Notes: generated by a model from the sequence alone, not told the origin. A stretch of 64,000 nt of DNA from Octopus sinensis (GCF_006345805.1 NC_043006.1:33852001-33916000), one strand, 5' to 3'. Counted from the stretch's first letter, positions 52,305 to 64,000 are shown. Numbers and translations: made by a program.

Positions 52305-52763
52305 ATGCCTTGATGCAGTACCAGGCACTGGCTCTCATGGCTTCTGATCTTAACTGATTGGAAGTGTTATCATGTACATGTCTTGTCTTGGTATAAAAGA
52401 TGGGCTACAGTAAAGATTCTGCTCAATACCACAGATTTGTTTGTTACTTGCTTGACCGTAACCAGTTGAGCATGTCCCTTGGTGGCTGAAGATATGTGCA
52501 TCTCTAATCATGAGCAGAAGTAGCTTCATAGTCATGTGTTGAGAGGAATTCTTTGGGGTTTGGATAACTCACCTCTGGAAACATAGGTGTTTTGTTCAAC
52601 ATCCTTAAACAACTGTTATTCAGGGACTTTCATGTAGGACGGGCTACTTGACCTGAAGAAAATTCTAATTGGGCTCCACCTGCAAGGTCATGTACTGTTT
52701 GTCTTGATATGAGATCACCATGTTGTGCACATAGTTGTGATGCATTGCACTGCTCTCTTACTC
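52305..52763. mobile_element. Second copy of the (TAA)n-associated non-coding element, internally deleted
   Basis: Colinear with 40317-40873, (TAA)n on both sides. Confidence 0.85.
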
Positions 52764-52798
<35 letters not shown>

Positions 52799-53087
52799 TA
52801 ATAATAATAATAATAATAACAACAACAACAATAGTAAATTGCATCTTTTAACTGTACAATGTTTAGAGTATGTTATTTTCAAAAACCTACTCCTTTGTTT
52901 TATAATTTGTAAGTGTAACTTAATAAGTACACTAAAATAAATACTAACTCTTTATTATATAAATACCAGCTTAACTAATAAACTACAGAGGAATCCATTG
53001 GGGCCAGATTAAGGGTCACTTGAGTCATCTGAATAAAAAGACTGGCTGACAGCATTGAAGCAGGAGAAATTTCTTCTGTTCTGAGTA

Positions 53088-53435
53088 TTCTTTTATTTGT
53101 TTTAGTGATTTGACTGCAGCCATGCTGGAGCACTGCCTTTAGCCAAACAAATCGACGTCAGGACTTATTTTTTGTAAGCCTAGTACTTATTTTATTGGCC
53201 TAACATGCCAGCATTGGTTGTCAAGCGATGGTGGGGGGACAAACGCAGACACACACACATATGTATATATATGACAGGCTTCTTTCAGTTTCCATCTATC
53301 AGATCCACTCACAAGGCTTTGGTCGGCCCGAGCCTATAGTAGAAGACACTTTCCCAAGGTGTCATGCAGTGGGACTGAACCTGAAACCATGTGGTTGATA
53401 AGCAAGCTTCTTACCACACAGCCACTCCTGCGCCT
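53088..53435 (-). mobile_element. SINE family A
   Basis: Ends CTTACCACACAGCCACTCCTGCGCC, the reverse complement of the family A head. Confidence 0.85.
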
Positions 53436-53644
53436 ATGTTTAGGATCCACCAGCTTTGATAACAATAACTGCTTGATAACAATAACCATGACAATAATAA
53501 GCAGCTTCCACTGTATTTATTTATTATCTCTTATTTGTTTCAGTCATTTGAATTGCGGCCAGCTGGAGCACCACCTTGAACGGATTGGATGAACAAATTG
53601 ACACATGTACTTTTGTTATCAATCTTTTGTTGAACCATGAAGTA

Positions 53645-53918
53645 ATGGATGGATGGGTGGATGGGTGGATGGATGGGTGGGTAGATGGGTGAATGGATGG
53701 ATGGGTGGATGGATAGATGGATAGATGGATGGATGGGTGGATGGATGGATGGATGGATGGGTGGATGGGTGGATGGGTGGATGGATGGGTGGATGGATTG
53801 ATGGATGGATAGATGGATGGGTGGATGGATAGGTGGATAGATGGGTAGATGGATAGATGGATGGGTGGATGGATGAATAGATGGAGGATGGGTGGCTGGA
53901 TGGGTGGATGGATGGATG
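53645..53918. repeat. (GGAT/GGGT)n tetranucleotide repeat
   Basis: Read directly. Confidence 0.95.
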
Positions 53919-54740
53919 TTCCTGAATTGCAAATGAATATTTTTCAAAGAGAGAGGGAGAGAGAGAGCTAATGTCCTAGTTGTTAGATCAAGATAGACTA
54001 CTTTGGCTGTCTATGTTGTTGTCACTTTGAAGTTCTCTGGCAATACAGCTATGCCTGACCTTCTGATATTACAAAGCAGTTTCTTTTTTTGTTTCTGATG
54101 ACCTGTTGCAGTAGAACTGGTCATCAATCATTGAATATTTTCCAAGGAGCTCATTTCCAATCTCATGATGTTGTCTGCCTCATGTGGGCAGACTTGATTA
54201 ATGGGTGCACTTCGATAACTGATCATTAGTAAATGCTGTTGGACGGATATGAAGTTACATTAAAAGGCTGCTTGATTCAATGTTAAGCCCCTGCCATCTC
54301 ATTTTCATTTTAAGCAGAGACAGTCTGTTTATGTAGAAATTTCACTGTTTATGTAGAAATTTCAGGTATCAGTTCGTAGTTTTAGGATTTTAAGATCAAT
54401 AACACAAATCTCATGTAATGTCCAAGTGAGACACCCAAATGTTGCTATGACTATTAATACTGCAAACACATTGAGGATCATTCATTTGTTGTACAAAGTT
54501 CTGAGGACCATATATTTTTACTTATATTTATTCTGGTGTTGTATTCTTTGGTTATGCATACAGATCTGAAGAAATCACAACATTTAGGGCACTAGATAAT
54601 TTCTGACCCTAATCTATAGGAATGTCAAAACAAATTCTACAACAATTTTTTCCAACCATTTTAGACCTATGGATCCCTTTAGTTCCTCTTCTGCTTTACA
54701 AGACCCTCATAATCAGTTAATGTTTTAAAAAATCCTATTA

Positions 54741-55119
54741 TTCAACTTACGATGAAAGTAAACAAAGTTTGCTTTAGAAGCGTGGAGATGGTATTGAAAG
54801 ATACATAAATAATTTTATTCTCAAATGCATGATAATGCTAATAAAATTGCTTGAACAGGATAAACTATCCATATTTTGCAGAAAAATTCATTACCGTCTT
54901 ATAAAGCTAGATTTATAAATCCTAACATTGCAGAACAATTCGTTACTGGGCAGTTTTGCTCAATAGTAAAAGACTTGACATGTAATTACAGAGATATGAG
55001 TTCGAGTCTCATGGCTGGCCGGTAATGAATTTTTCAGTAATATATGGATAGTTTATCCTGTTCATGCTATTGTATTAGGATTGTCAGATGTTTGAGAATA
55101 AATTATTTCTGTATCTTTC
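54741..55119 (+). mobile_element. Fold-back insertion containing a tRNA-like module, 11-12 bp TSD
   Basis: TSD AAATCCTATTA(T) at 54730-54740 and 55120-55130; ~100-bp inverted arms 54794-54896 and 55020-55121; ~53-bp one-sided tail. Confidence 0.8.
54949..55020 (+). pseudogene. tRNA-like sequence (possibly Thr-TGT derived), degenerate
   Basis: 72 nt; acceptor GGCAGTT/GGCTGGC, A-box-like TTGCTCAATAG, perfect T arm ATGAG-TTCGAGT-CTCAT; D and anticodon stems imperfect. Confidence 0.65.
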
Positions 55120-55150
55120 AAATCCTATTATATTTTCATAATGAAATATT

Positions 55151-55785
55151 CTTTTCTGCTCTAGGTACAAGGCCTGAAATTTTGGGTACTTAATTTATCG
55201 ACCCCCCAAAATGATGAAAGGCAAAGTGGAATTTGAACTCAGAACATAAAGACAGATGAAATACCGCTAAGCATTTCACACGGCATGTTAACATTTCTGC
55301 CAGCTTGCTGCCATTTTCATAATGGAATATTATTAGGAATTGTATTATTATTGCTGGCAGAATTGTTAGCCCGCCGGGCAAAATGCTTCGCAGTATTTTG
55401 TCTGGCTTTACATTCTGAGTTTAAATACTGCTGAGGTTGACTTTACCTTTTCATCCTTTCAGGGTCGATAAATAAAGTACCAGTTGCATACTAGGGTCGA
55501 TCTAATTGACTGGCCCCCACCCCCAATATTTCAGGCCTTGTGCCTAGAATAGAAAAGGATATCTATAAAGGCAGCAAGCTGGCAGAATTATAAGCATGCC
55601 AGGCGAAATGCTTAGCAGTATTTCGTCTGTCTTTACATTCTGAGTTCAAATTCAGCCGAGGGCGATTTTTCCTTTCATCCTTTTGGGGTCGATGAAATAA
55701 GTACCATTTACACACTGGGGTTGATGTAATCGACTAGCCCCATTCCCCCCAAATTTTCATGGCCTTGTGCCTAGAACAGAAATAA
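55151..55785. mobile_element. Three SINE family B copies (55151-55312 minus; ~55352-55560 and 55569-55785 plus)
   Basis: GGCAGCAAGCTGGCAGAATT...TTCTGAGTTCAAATTC...GGGGTCGATGAAATAAGTACC. TSDs ATTTTCATAATGRAATATT and ATTATTAGGAATTGTAT (55329-55345/55785-55801). Confidence 0.85.
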
Positions 55786-55808
55786 TTATTAGGAATTGTA
55801 TAAAAAGA

Positions 55809-56183
55809 CTAGCAGTATCGCCCGGCGTTGCTCGGGTTTGTAAGGGAAATAACTATAAAGCATTTTTAGAGAGTTATAGCCAAAAAAATGGAAAAAAAAT
55901 TATGGTAAATTTTTTTTTGAGAGTTAAAACGGTCGAGTTGCGTCCCCTAGACAGTCTGTGGTTTGTGTTTCTGATTCTCGACCCCATGTCGAATTTATCG
56001 ATTTTTTTAAGAACTGGGGGAACTTTTCAAAATTTTCTCTACGTTAGTTTTGAATTATGACATTGGGCTATGTGTGTGTTAAGTTTCATCAGAATCGGTT
56101 GAAAGCTGTGGTCAGGGTGAGGGTACAAGCTAACAGACACACAGAAACACACACAGACAAACTGCCGTTTATATAGAGAGAGA
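55809..56183 (-). mobile_element. Non-autonomous Helitron
   Basis: Minus strand starts TC(TCTCTC)TATATAAA and ends with hairpin CCCGAGCAACGCCGGG, then CTAG; inserted between A and T with no TSD. Confidence 0.88.
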
Positions 56184-57229
56184 TTGTTGAAATATTTTAT
56201 GTATTATAGAAGTATGACCAATTTATTACAAACAAACCTTAACTACAAAATTATTATATGGAATCTCAGAGGTCATAATGGACTCCACTGCTCTGTAAGA
56301 TTATCTACATGCTAGAAATAGCAGCCAGATCTCTGCCTGTTTATATGTTTCTCCCTCTCAAATTATATCCAATGGATTTTAGGGAAATATTCATGTGATA
56401 ATATAGTCCTTACCACTGCAATATACCTGAGAAATAGACAGGACTGTCATAGCTGGAAAGGCTTTGATTACAGACCAGGCTGTGTGCTAAACATGAACAA
56501 CATCATGAGTATAACTGTTCCATAGAAACTACCACTGACCTCCACCACCACCACCACCTCCACCCTTTCATGATGTAGCATTCAGAGAACAGAAGAGGAG
56601 GGGGAAGAGCAATAATAATAATGATGATGATGATGGTGATGATGATGATGATGATTTCTTTTATTTGCCACCAGGGCGAAGATGAAGGGGACAATACAAA
56701 GACAGACATAAAGTGGTGGGGTTTACATATAATGAAATGATGACAAAAAAAAAAAAAGGAAAATAATAAAAGACAAATAATGCAAAAAACAGGAAGCCAT
56801 CTCCTAACAAATGTTTTTCTGTTTTCCTTCAACACACTAACCTTTCACTTTTAACCTCAACAGAATTTTTGGTAAGTTGTTTTGAAGGTTCAACATGAAA
56901 AGAAAGCTGTGTGCTACTTGAGATGAACATTTGATACATAGAAACCTTCCATCTTTTATGGTTTCTTTTTTTTTTTTTGGTTTTTGTTATCCATCATGCA
57001 AAACATTCAATCTTCCAAGCTGAATGTTCATCGCATTCTGTTGAATCATTGTGCAGGTACTAAAGAGTCCAGACTGAGACAAGGTTAATCCTTTAGCATT
57101 TAAACTAGCCACTGGATTTAGATTTGGATTGCCTGTGTTCAGTCCATTGCAGGACAAAGGCCTCAGCGTGTTCTCTCTACCAACCACAGTCTGATGTGGA
57201 GGCCATGGATTTAAGCTTGAGATTATACT

Positions 57230-57370
57230 ATTTGGTTGGTGCATAATTATTGTGGCTTTTTTCCCAATAAAATTTATTCAACAAAAACAATAGCAACAAT
57301 AAACAAAAACATCTTTAAATGATTATTCTGGAGCATATTCATCATCTACTTCAATTTCTGCGCAGAGTTT
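57230..57370 (-). mobile_element. Mariner 3' end fragment
   Basis: TA-TTTGGTTGGTGCATAATTATTGTGGCTTTTT resembles Hsmar1/MADE-type TIRs; minus-strand ORF end ...EVDDEYAPE*. Confidence 0.55.
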
Positions 57371-58171
57371 TGTTTAAATTGGGTGGGGGTTGAAGAGGTG
57401 GATGTATGAGAATGGTGGATGCAGGGGGTGGGAATGATCAATGGTGCATGGATTGGGGAGGCAAATAGATGTGTGGGTGCCTGACAACAGGTGTTGGTTT
57501 GTTTATATCCCTGTAACTTGGGAGTTCAGCAAGAAAAAAAAAATAGAATAGGTATCAGACTTTAAAAATAAGTACCAAGGCTGTTTTGTTCCACTAAAAC
57601 TCGTCAAGGCAGTGCTCCAGCATGGCCACAGTCCAATGACCGAAACAAGTAAAAGATAAAAAATAAAAAAGATGAAATATTAATATTTCCATATTTCCAT
57701 CCTAGTGCAACCCATGCCAGCATGGAAAACAGATGTTTAATGATGATGATGATGATGATGATGATAATGTTTCATTAAGAACTAAGCAAAGACTCTCCAA
57801 CCATGACCACTCTGTCTTTCTTCTCACAGACATTGCATATCTAGGACTACAACATTTAATGTGCCTTTCTCCTTTCCAAGAGGGCTCGACTGTAATTTGT
57901 ATGAGATTTGGCTGTTGTTTCTAGCAGATCAAAAAGCCTTGGAGAAAGACTACTTCATCAAAAGTTCGTCCATCAGGTAATCTAAAGTGGATGGAGAGAA
58001 TCATTGTCCATCTATTGTTATTGATTTTATTAAGTAGGTTCTGTTTGAACTGACTGATCATCACGTATAATTGATCAGTCCTGTACAACTTGATAACCAG
58101 ATCCATTACACCAGATATGTATTAAATGCTTCAGTTGGGCTGAGGCCTCTGCTGCACAATATTGTCATTTT

Positions 58172-58270
58172 TTACATTATTTACATTTAATGGATATTTG
58201 TCCTGATCTTATTTGTTGTTAACACAAAGTTTTGGCCGATGTACTCTCCAGTCTTTATCAGGTGTCCTGG
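58172..58270 (-). mobile_element. Degenerate copy of the hammerhead-bearing arm of the 22497-22831 element
   Basis: Colinear with 22528-22627; ribozyme core decayed (CTGATAA...AAAA). Confidence 0.8.
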
Positions 58271-58605
58271 TGATTTTGTTATGTATGTGTCTGAATGTTT
58301 TTTTTATCATACCTAATGTGCCTATTAAGATAGGAATTGTTTCTGTTTTTAGGCTCCACATTCGAGTTACCTCTATTTCCAGATCTTTGTATTTTGCAAG
58401 TTGCTCCAATTCTTTTAGAGAAATGTTGTCATCTGTTGGTATTGATACATCGATTAGAAAGCATTTTTTTCCTTGTTGATCTCTGACAACTGTATCCAGC
58501 CTATTGGCCTTAATTTCTCTATCTGTGTGTTTTGGTATATTCCAGAGTTTGGTTGCTCTCTCAGTTTTTGTGACCTTTTCTGGGGTGTGCCTAACATCAT
58601 TTTTT
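58264..58605 (-). mobile_element. R4/Dong-type RLE LINE fragment
   Basis: HTPEKV...LWNIPKHTDREIKANRLDTVVRD...CFLIDVSIP...KYKDLEIEVTRMW...IPILIGTLG. Confidence 0.88.
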
Positions 58606-58607
58606 TC

Positions 58608-58655
<48 letters not shown>

Positions 58656-58659
58656 CATT

Positions 58660-59341
58660 ATTGCCTTTGCACAGCTTCTAACACTGGAGATGTACTATGG
58701 TGTTAGCTGTTCACTACCAGTGAACTAAGGTAACACCCCTTATTTTTCGAGCACTTTCTGGAGTATTCAAGTGGTTCCAAGCAGTGCTGTTTTCTGCAAG
58801 TGCTCCATCCTTATTGCAGCCCCTATTTGTTCCACGTACTTCTCAAAATTTTTACTCACTGTTCCCAAGGCTCCAGCAATTATTGGTACTACTACCACCT
58901 TATTCATCGACCACAACATCTTAACCTCCCAAGCTAACCTGTCATATCTCTCGACTTTTCTTTCTTCCTCATCGTATACCTTGTTGTTAGCTGGGCATGC
59001 TACATCTATAATCCAGCATAGTTTGTTTTCTTTCTCAATTAAGACTAAGTCCAGCTTTCTGTTCTCTATCTCATGGTCACACTGAATCATAAAATCCCAT
59101 AGGATCTTTGCATTTCTATTTTCGACGATGCCTTCGGGTTTGTGGTCATACAAATTTTGCAAAGTGTCCAGAGGACAAGCCTGGCTATATTGTTGTGGCA
59201 TCTCTTATATTCCTTCTGGGCTAGTGGTGTACATTGGCTGGTAATATGCCATATGGTTTCACCATTTTGTCCACAAATTCTGCACTTATCACTTTCTGCT
59301 GTGTTGTCTATTCTGTATTTTATGTAATTTGTTCTTAGCGC
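58660..59341 (-). mobile_element. R4/Dong-type RLE LINE 3' end, 5'-truncated, in (TAA)n
   Basis: KCRICGQNGETIWHITSQC (CCHC), ILWDFMIQCDHEIENRKLDLV...IDVACP...VVPIIAGALG; 3' UTR then (TAA)n. Confidence 0.9.
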
Positions 59342-60893
59342 TTATTACTATTATTATTATGAAAGCCTCTCAGACAGTTCTTAATTACTGGTTATTCATT
59401 ACTTGAAAGCAGGCAACAACAGATCAATAAAGGTTTCAAGTAGTGCCTTCTCCTGTGACTCAAAGAGACAATACTCTCCTTAGATGCATGCTGTGTCCAA
59501 CAATTCCGTCTTCTGGATCACCTCATGCTGCATCATCGTCGTCGTCGTCGTCGTCGTCGTCGTCATCGTCAGAATTGTTAGCATGCTGGGCAAGATGCTT
59601 AGCAACATTTTGTCCATCTTCACTTTCTGAGTTCAAATTCTTAGAAGGTTGGTTTTGCCTGTCATCCTTTTGGGGCTGACAAAATAAGTCCCAGTTGAGT
59701 ACTGGGGTCGATACAATTGCTTTACCACATCCCCGAAATTGCTGGCCTTATGTCAAAATTTGAGACCAACATAATTATTATTATCATTATTGTTTCTATT
59801 ATTATCTATCTTCAGATCAGTCGTGCTAAAACAGACTTGTAATGAAATGTATCTCAGCTGTGACCAATCTGCTTTTCACAAGTATATTTTGGATGACATC
59901 ATCTAACAGTGCCTCATCCTACTTCTTTTTTAAAGATAGTAAGGTGTGGTTCAAGGAGGTGTGATTGACTGCTATTTCATGCAGGTAAAGAGACCATGCA
60001 CACGTTTGCTCAATGTTTCCGTTGTTGTCGCTGTCATCAGCAGAGATTTATCTCCCCTTGGGTCAATGCCAAGAAACCAAAGCCAAGCAATAACTTAAAA
60101 GGTTTGTCTGAAAGGTTTTCATATTTAAATGTTAATCTTGTTATCTGAAACCTATTCTTCTTATAACAAATCTATTGACTAAATTAACATATAAAACTAA
60201 CCTATCAGAGTCACTGGGCCACTCTAGAAATAGTTACACAGTTACCATAGCAACAGAGCGTACTTAGTAACATTGTTAAATGACTAATAAACTATATTGT
60301 TGGGATATACAGTACAGTTGTGAATTTTATTTACTATACCAGAAAATCAGAGTTATTGATTTTGTTCTGACTAGTTTTCAACTAATTACACAGCAAAATG
60401 AGGACTTAGTTTGATGCTGCATAACAAAATGCGATGTGATTTGATGCAATTCTAACTAAAATCTTCAGTTTCAATTTTGGATGGTTATTGATATAAGAAT
60501 TCTATATTCAGAAATGGATCACAGCACACAAGATATAAAACTGGCATTCAGATGGTTGGCCCAGTGTGCTTCCAATTCTGTCAGCTCGCTGCCTTGACAA
60601 CAACAACAACAACAATAATAATAGCAAAAAAAAAAAAAAGAAGGGTGAAATTGTTTGGCATCTAGTGTGCCTTCCACAGGTTCAAAAAATAAACTTGTCA
60701 ATCTACTTCATTTTTGGTAATATTTTATAGGATTGAGGTAACTCTTCCAGAACGTATACAGAAGCAAAAAAAAGAATGCCAAAATATCAATCACTTAATA
60801 ACAATGGGACTGGACTCTGCCTTTTTTTGGCTTCTGTACACCTCCTGGAGGAGTTACCTCATTCCTATAAATATACTACTACTACTACTACTG

Positions 60894-60992
<99 letters not shown>

Positions 60993-62069
60993 GTGGGCTG
61001 CCTGTTAGCGATGATTATGTACAGTAAATAAAAGGTTGTTCTTTCATCATAGATCCATAGAACTTACTTGGCATTTGTGCTTTCCACATGAGATCATCAA
61101 AGTGATAAACAGAAACATTGTGTTTATATTGCCATGAACACCGTATCCCATAATTCCATCTTCTTGAAGAAGTGGAATAAAACCTCTCTTAGTTAATATA
61201 ACAAGAAAAGGTTGTTAAAAGGAAGAGAAACCAACCATAAAAATACTGCCTCAGATCTTTACTCATCCAACCCAAGCCAGCCTAGAAAAACAGATGTAAA
61301 ACCAATGACTAGAAACTGGCTACATCCCTAACATGAAAAGAAAACTAACGTGAGTTATTAAAGTTGCTGCTCTTAAGCCTCAGATCACCCCTGATTGAGC
61401 AAATCTTCAATCAAAGACATTGCAGTTATGACCACCCCCTACTAAAACAATATAACCCAATGTGTGCTTTTCTTTTATTTAAGACAGTTAAGATGTGGTT
61501 GCTATATCTAGCAGAGTGAGTGACCACAAAGTGGCATTCTCAAAGGGTACCCCATAATTTGAAGGGGTACCCTTTCATCTAACCATATATAGCAGGATGA
61601 TTGCTGCCAGCTGAAGACAGAGCATTTCAACCTCAAGAACAAGCAGTTTGGAACCTTGTCACGACCACTCAACCTCTACAAACCAACAATGACCTCTTAT
61701 GTAGTCTTTCATCCTGCTAGAAACAGCAGCCAAATCTCTTGCAACCGTTACTATCTTCTTCAAGAAATACCAGCCAAATCTTCTTAACCACACAGCTATG
61801 TCTGTGCATACAGTATACATGTCCATGCAAGATAAAGTAGCACATAATCTAAGCAGTGTTTCAAACAGAATTATCAACTTGTTGAGTGTTGACAGGTTGT
61901 TATCGTATTTATTTATTTTATATCACAGTTTGTAAACATTAGCTTCATTGTCTGCAAGTTTCCAATGGATCCACCATGGGTTTGTTACATTTGTGACGGT
62001 GGGGAGAGTAACAAGGAAGTATCTGTAATGAAGAAGAACTGTTTCAAGAGCATTTTTACACAGAAGTAC

Positions 62070-62500
62070 ATGTAAGTGGAACCCGTGAATTGTAGTTGTG
62101 GTCGCTACCAATGCTATGTAAATGGCACCCATGAATCATGGTTGTGGTTGTTGCCAGTGCCATATAAGTGGCACCTGTGAATCATGGTTGCTGCCAGTGC
62201 CATATAAATGGCACCTGTGAATCATGGTTACTGCTCGTGCCATATAAGTGGCACCCGTGAATCATGGTCACTGCCAGTGCCATATAAATGGCACCTGTGA
62301 ATCATGGTTGCAGCCAGTGCCTTGTAGATGGCACCTGTGAATTGTAGCTGTAGTAGTTGCTGGTGCCATGTAAATGGCTCCATGCTGGTGGCCCATAAAA
62401 GCACCCAGCACATTCCTGGAGTGGTTAGCGCTAGGAAGAGCATCCAGCCATAGAAACTATGCCAAATCAGACAGGAACCTGGTATGGCTCTCCAGCTTAA
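62070..62500 (+). mobile_element. RTE-type 3' UTR with ~40-bp tandem hairpin units
   Basis: TGGCACCTGTGAATCATGGTTGCTGCCAGTGCCATATAAR x ~7, then GAGTGGTTAGCGCTAGGAAGAGCATCCAGC. Confidence 0.75.
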
Positions 62501-63848
62501 CAGTTCCAATTAAACTGTTTAACTCATACCAGCATTGCCCAAATCATGTCATTTCTAATATCCTGTGCAACCATGTCTGGCCTTGAGGGAATATTACCTG
62601 GTTTGGAAGCAGGTGAGGGTTGGCAACAGGAAGGGCATCTGGCTGTAGAAAATTTATCTCAGCTAACTCCTTCTGACCCACACAAGCATGAAAAAGTTGA
62701 CATTAAAACAATAATGGTGATCATGATCATGATGACGATGATGATGATGATGGCGAGAAGGAGGCTGATGATGATGATGATGATGATGACATTCATAAAT
62801 GTTAGGAGCAAACTGTATGAATGAGTACTCAATGCTAATGGAGTGGATAAACAATTCTTTTCAGTATAACTTATGTTAAATTTCTTGAACCTAAGGTTTC
62901 CTGCTGATGGAGTCTCATCAACTATTAGGATGAAGTTTCATATTTGATTTTAATTCTAATAAAAAATTGCTGCTTTCATCAGCATGAAATCACAAATTCT
63001 TGAAATTTAAGTTTAATTCTATTAAAAGGAACACGCACACACGCACAAAGAATGATATTCATAATAATAAATACATACGTGCACACAAACTTGCAAAAAG
63101 ACACCCACATACATACATTTATTTCCTTTCTTCCACATACACACAGACACTTGCTCACATTTATATAACACATTTCTGTTGAGAATCCACCATTCAAAAC
63201 AGGTAGATAGTTACATAATAACTATTTTGTTTCTATTTTTTTTTCTTCTTCTCCTTCTTAAGAATAAGAATAATCCCAAACAGCAAAGATTTGCTGCATT
63301 CGGAATATGAAGTAGCATAAATATGGAGGAGGAGGAGGAGGAGAGGAAGAAGAGTAAGGAAGAAAGGAGGAAGGAAGAAGAGGAGGAGGAGGAAGATAAT
63401 GAAAGAGGTGGAGGAGGAGGAGGAGAAGGAGGAGGAAAGAAGAAAGAAGGAGGAGGAGGAGAAGGAAGAAGGAGGAAAGAAGAAAGAAGGAGGAGGAGGA
63501 GAAGGAAGAAGAAGAAGAAGAAGAAGAAGAAAGAAGTGATTTAAGTATGTCATAATCATGTTATAATTTGCTGGCAATCTGTAAAGTGGAAAGAATATGG
63601 AAATATTTGCAATTATCTGGTTAATCCTGATAGTTTGATGCACATTCTGTGTTAAGATCATTTCCTATTAATATCAACTGCCTCTCAGACTTTCTTGCCC
63701 TTACAATTATCATTCCATTGCCACTGGAATGTCTGTAACCTTAGGGAAAAATCTGAATTCAGTCTTCGAGTGGGGATAGTGTTTGAGTTATGGGAGGAAG
63801 GGTGATGGGGAGGAATCTTGGCCACTAAAGTAAGGAAATAACCAAACC

Positions 63849-64000
63849 TCATCATCATCATCATTTAATGCATTTTTTCCATGCTGGCATGGGTTGGACA
63901 GCTTGACTGTTGCTAGCAAGCCAGAGGGCTGCACTAGGCTCCAGTTGTATGTCTTGGTTTACGTTCTATGGCTGGATGCCTTTCCTGACACCAACCACAT
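63849..64000 (-). mobile_element. RTE-type tail, cut by the window edge
   Basis: Shared tail motif; other copies at ~11741, 35035, 37210, 42496 and 48005. Confidence 0.8.

Noticed and set aside
54949-55020. Functional tRNA gene
   Set aside because: D and anticodon stems are mispaired and it lies within a mobile insertion; kept only as tRNA-like.
55040-55095. Hammerhead-like CTGACAA...AGGA-TAAA on the minus strand of the tRNA fold-back arm
   Set aside because: Both arm copies deviate at two invariant core positions and no stem I/III forms.

Overview
Non-coding, extremely repeat-rich eukaryotic DNA. The repeat landscape (tRNA/CORE-type SINEs, RTE 3' tails ending in (GAT)n, dense microsatellites) suggests an octopus or other coleoid cephalopod; that assignment is inferred. 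No intact host gene or convincing exon was found, and nearly every ORF in the supplied track is translated microsatellite. Real coding traces are decayed transposon fragments: mariner transposases, RTE LINE RT and C-termini, R4/Dong-type RLE LINE 3' ends in (TAA)n, and probable Tx1/L1 tails. Also present: four well-defined hAT (Buster/Charlie-type) MITEs with 8-bp TSDs, two of them hosting minisatellites (31 bp x ~53 and 20 bp x ~8), plus one decayed copy, and a non-autonomous Helitron. The most interesting signal is a set of short non-coding retroelements with Penelope-like (PLE) hallmarks. Three unrelated fold-back insertions share one architecture (one-sided tail + ~100-130 bp inverted repeats + 11-12 bp TSD): two carry minimal type I hammerhead ribozyme motifs and one carries a tRNA-like module. 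Two more (TA)n-embedded families carry minimal hammerheads, one with a recurring CUGUNGA core variant. Coordinates of degenerate repeats are approximate; family names come from motif recognition, not a database search.
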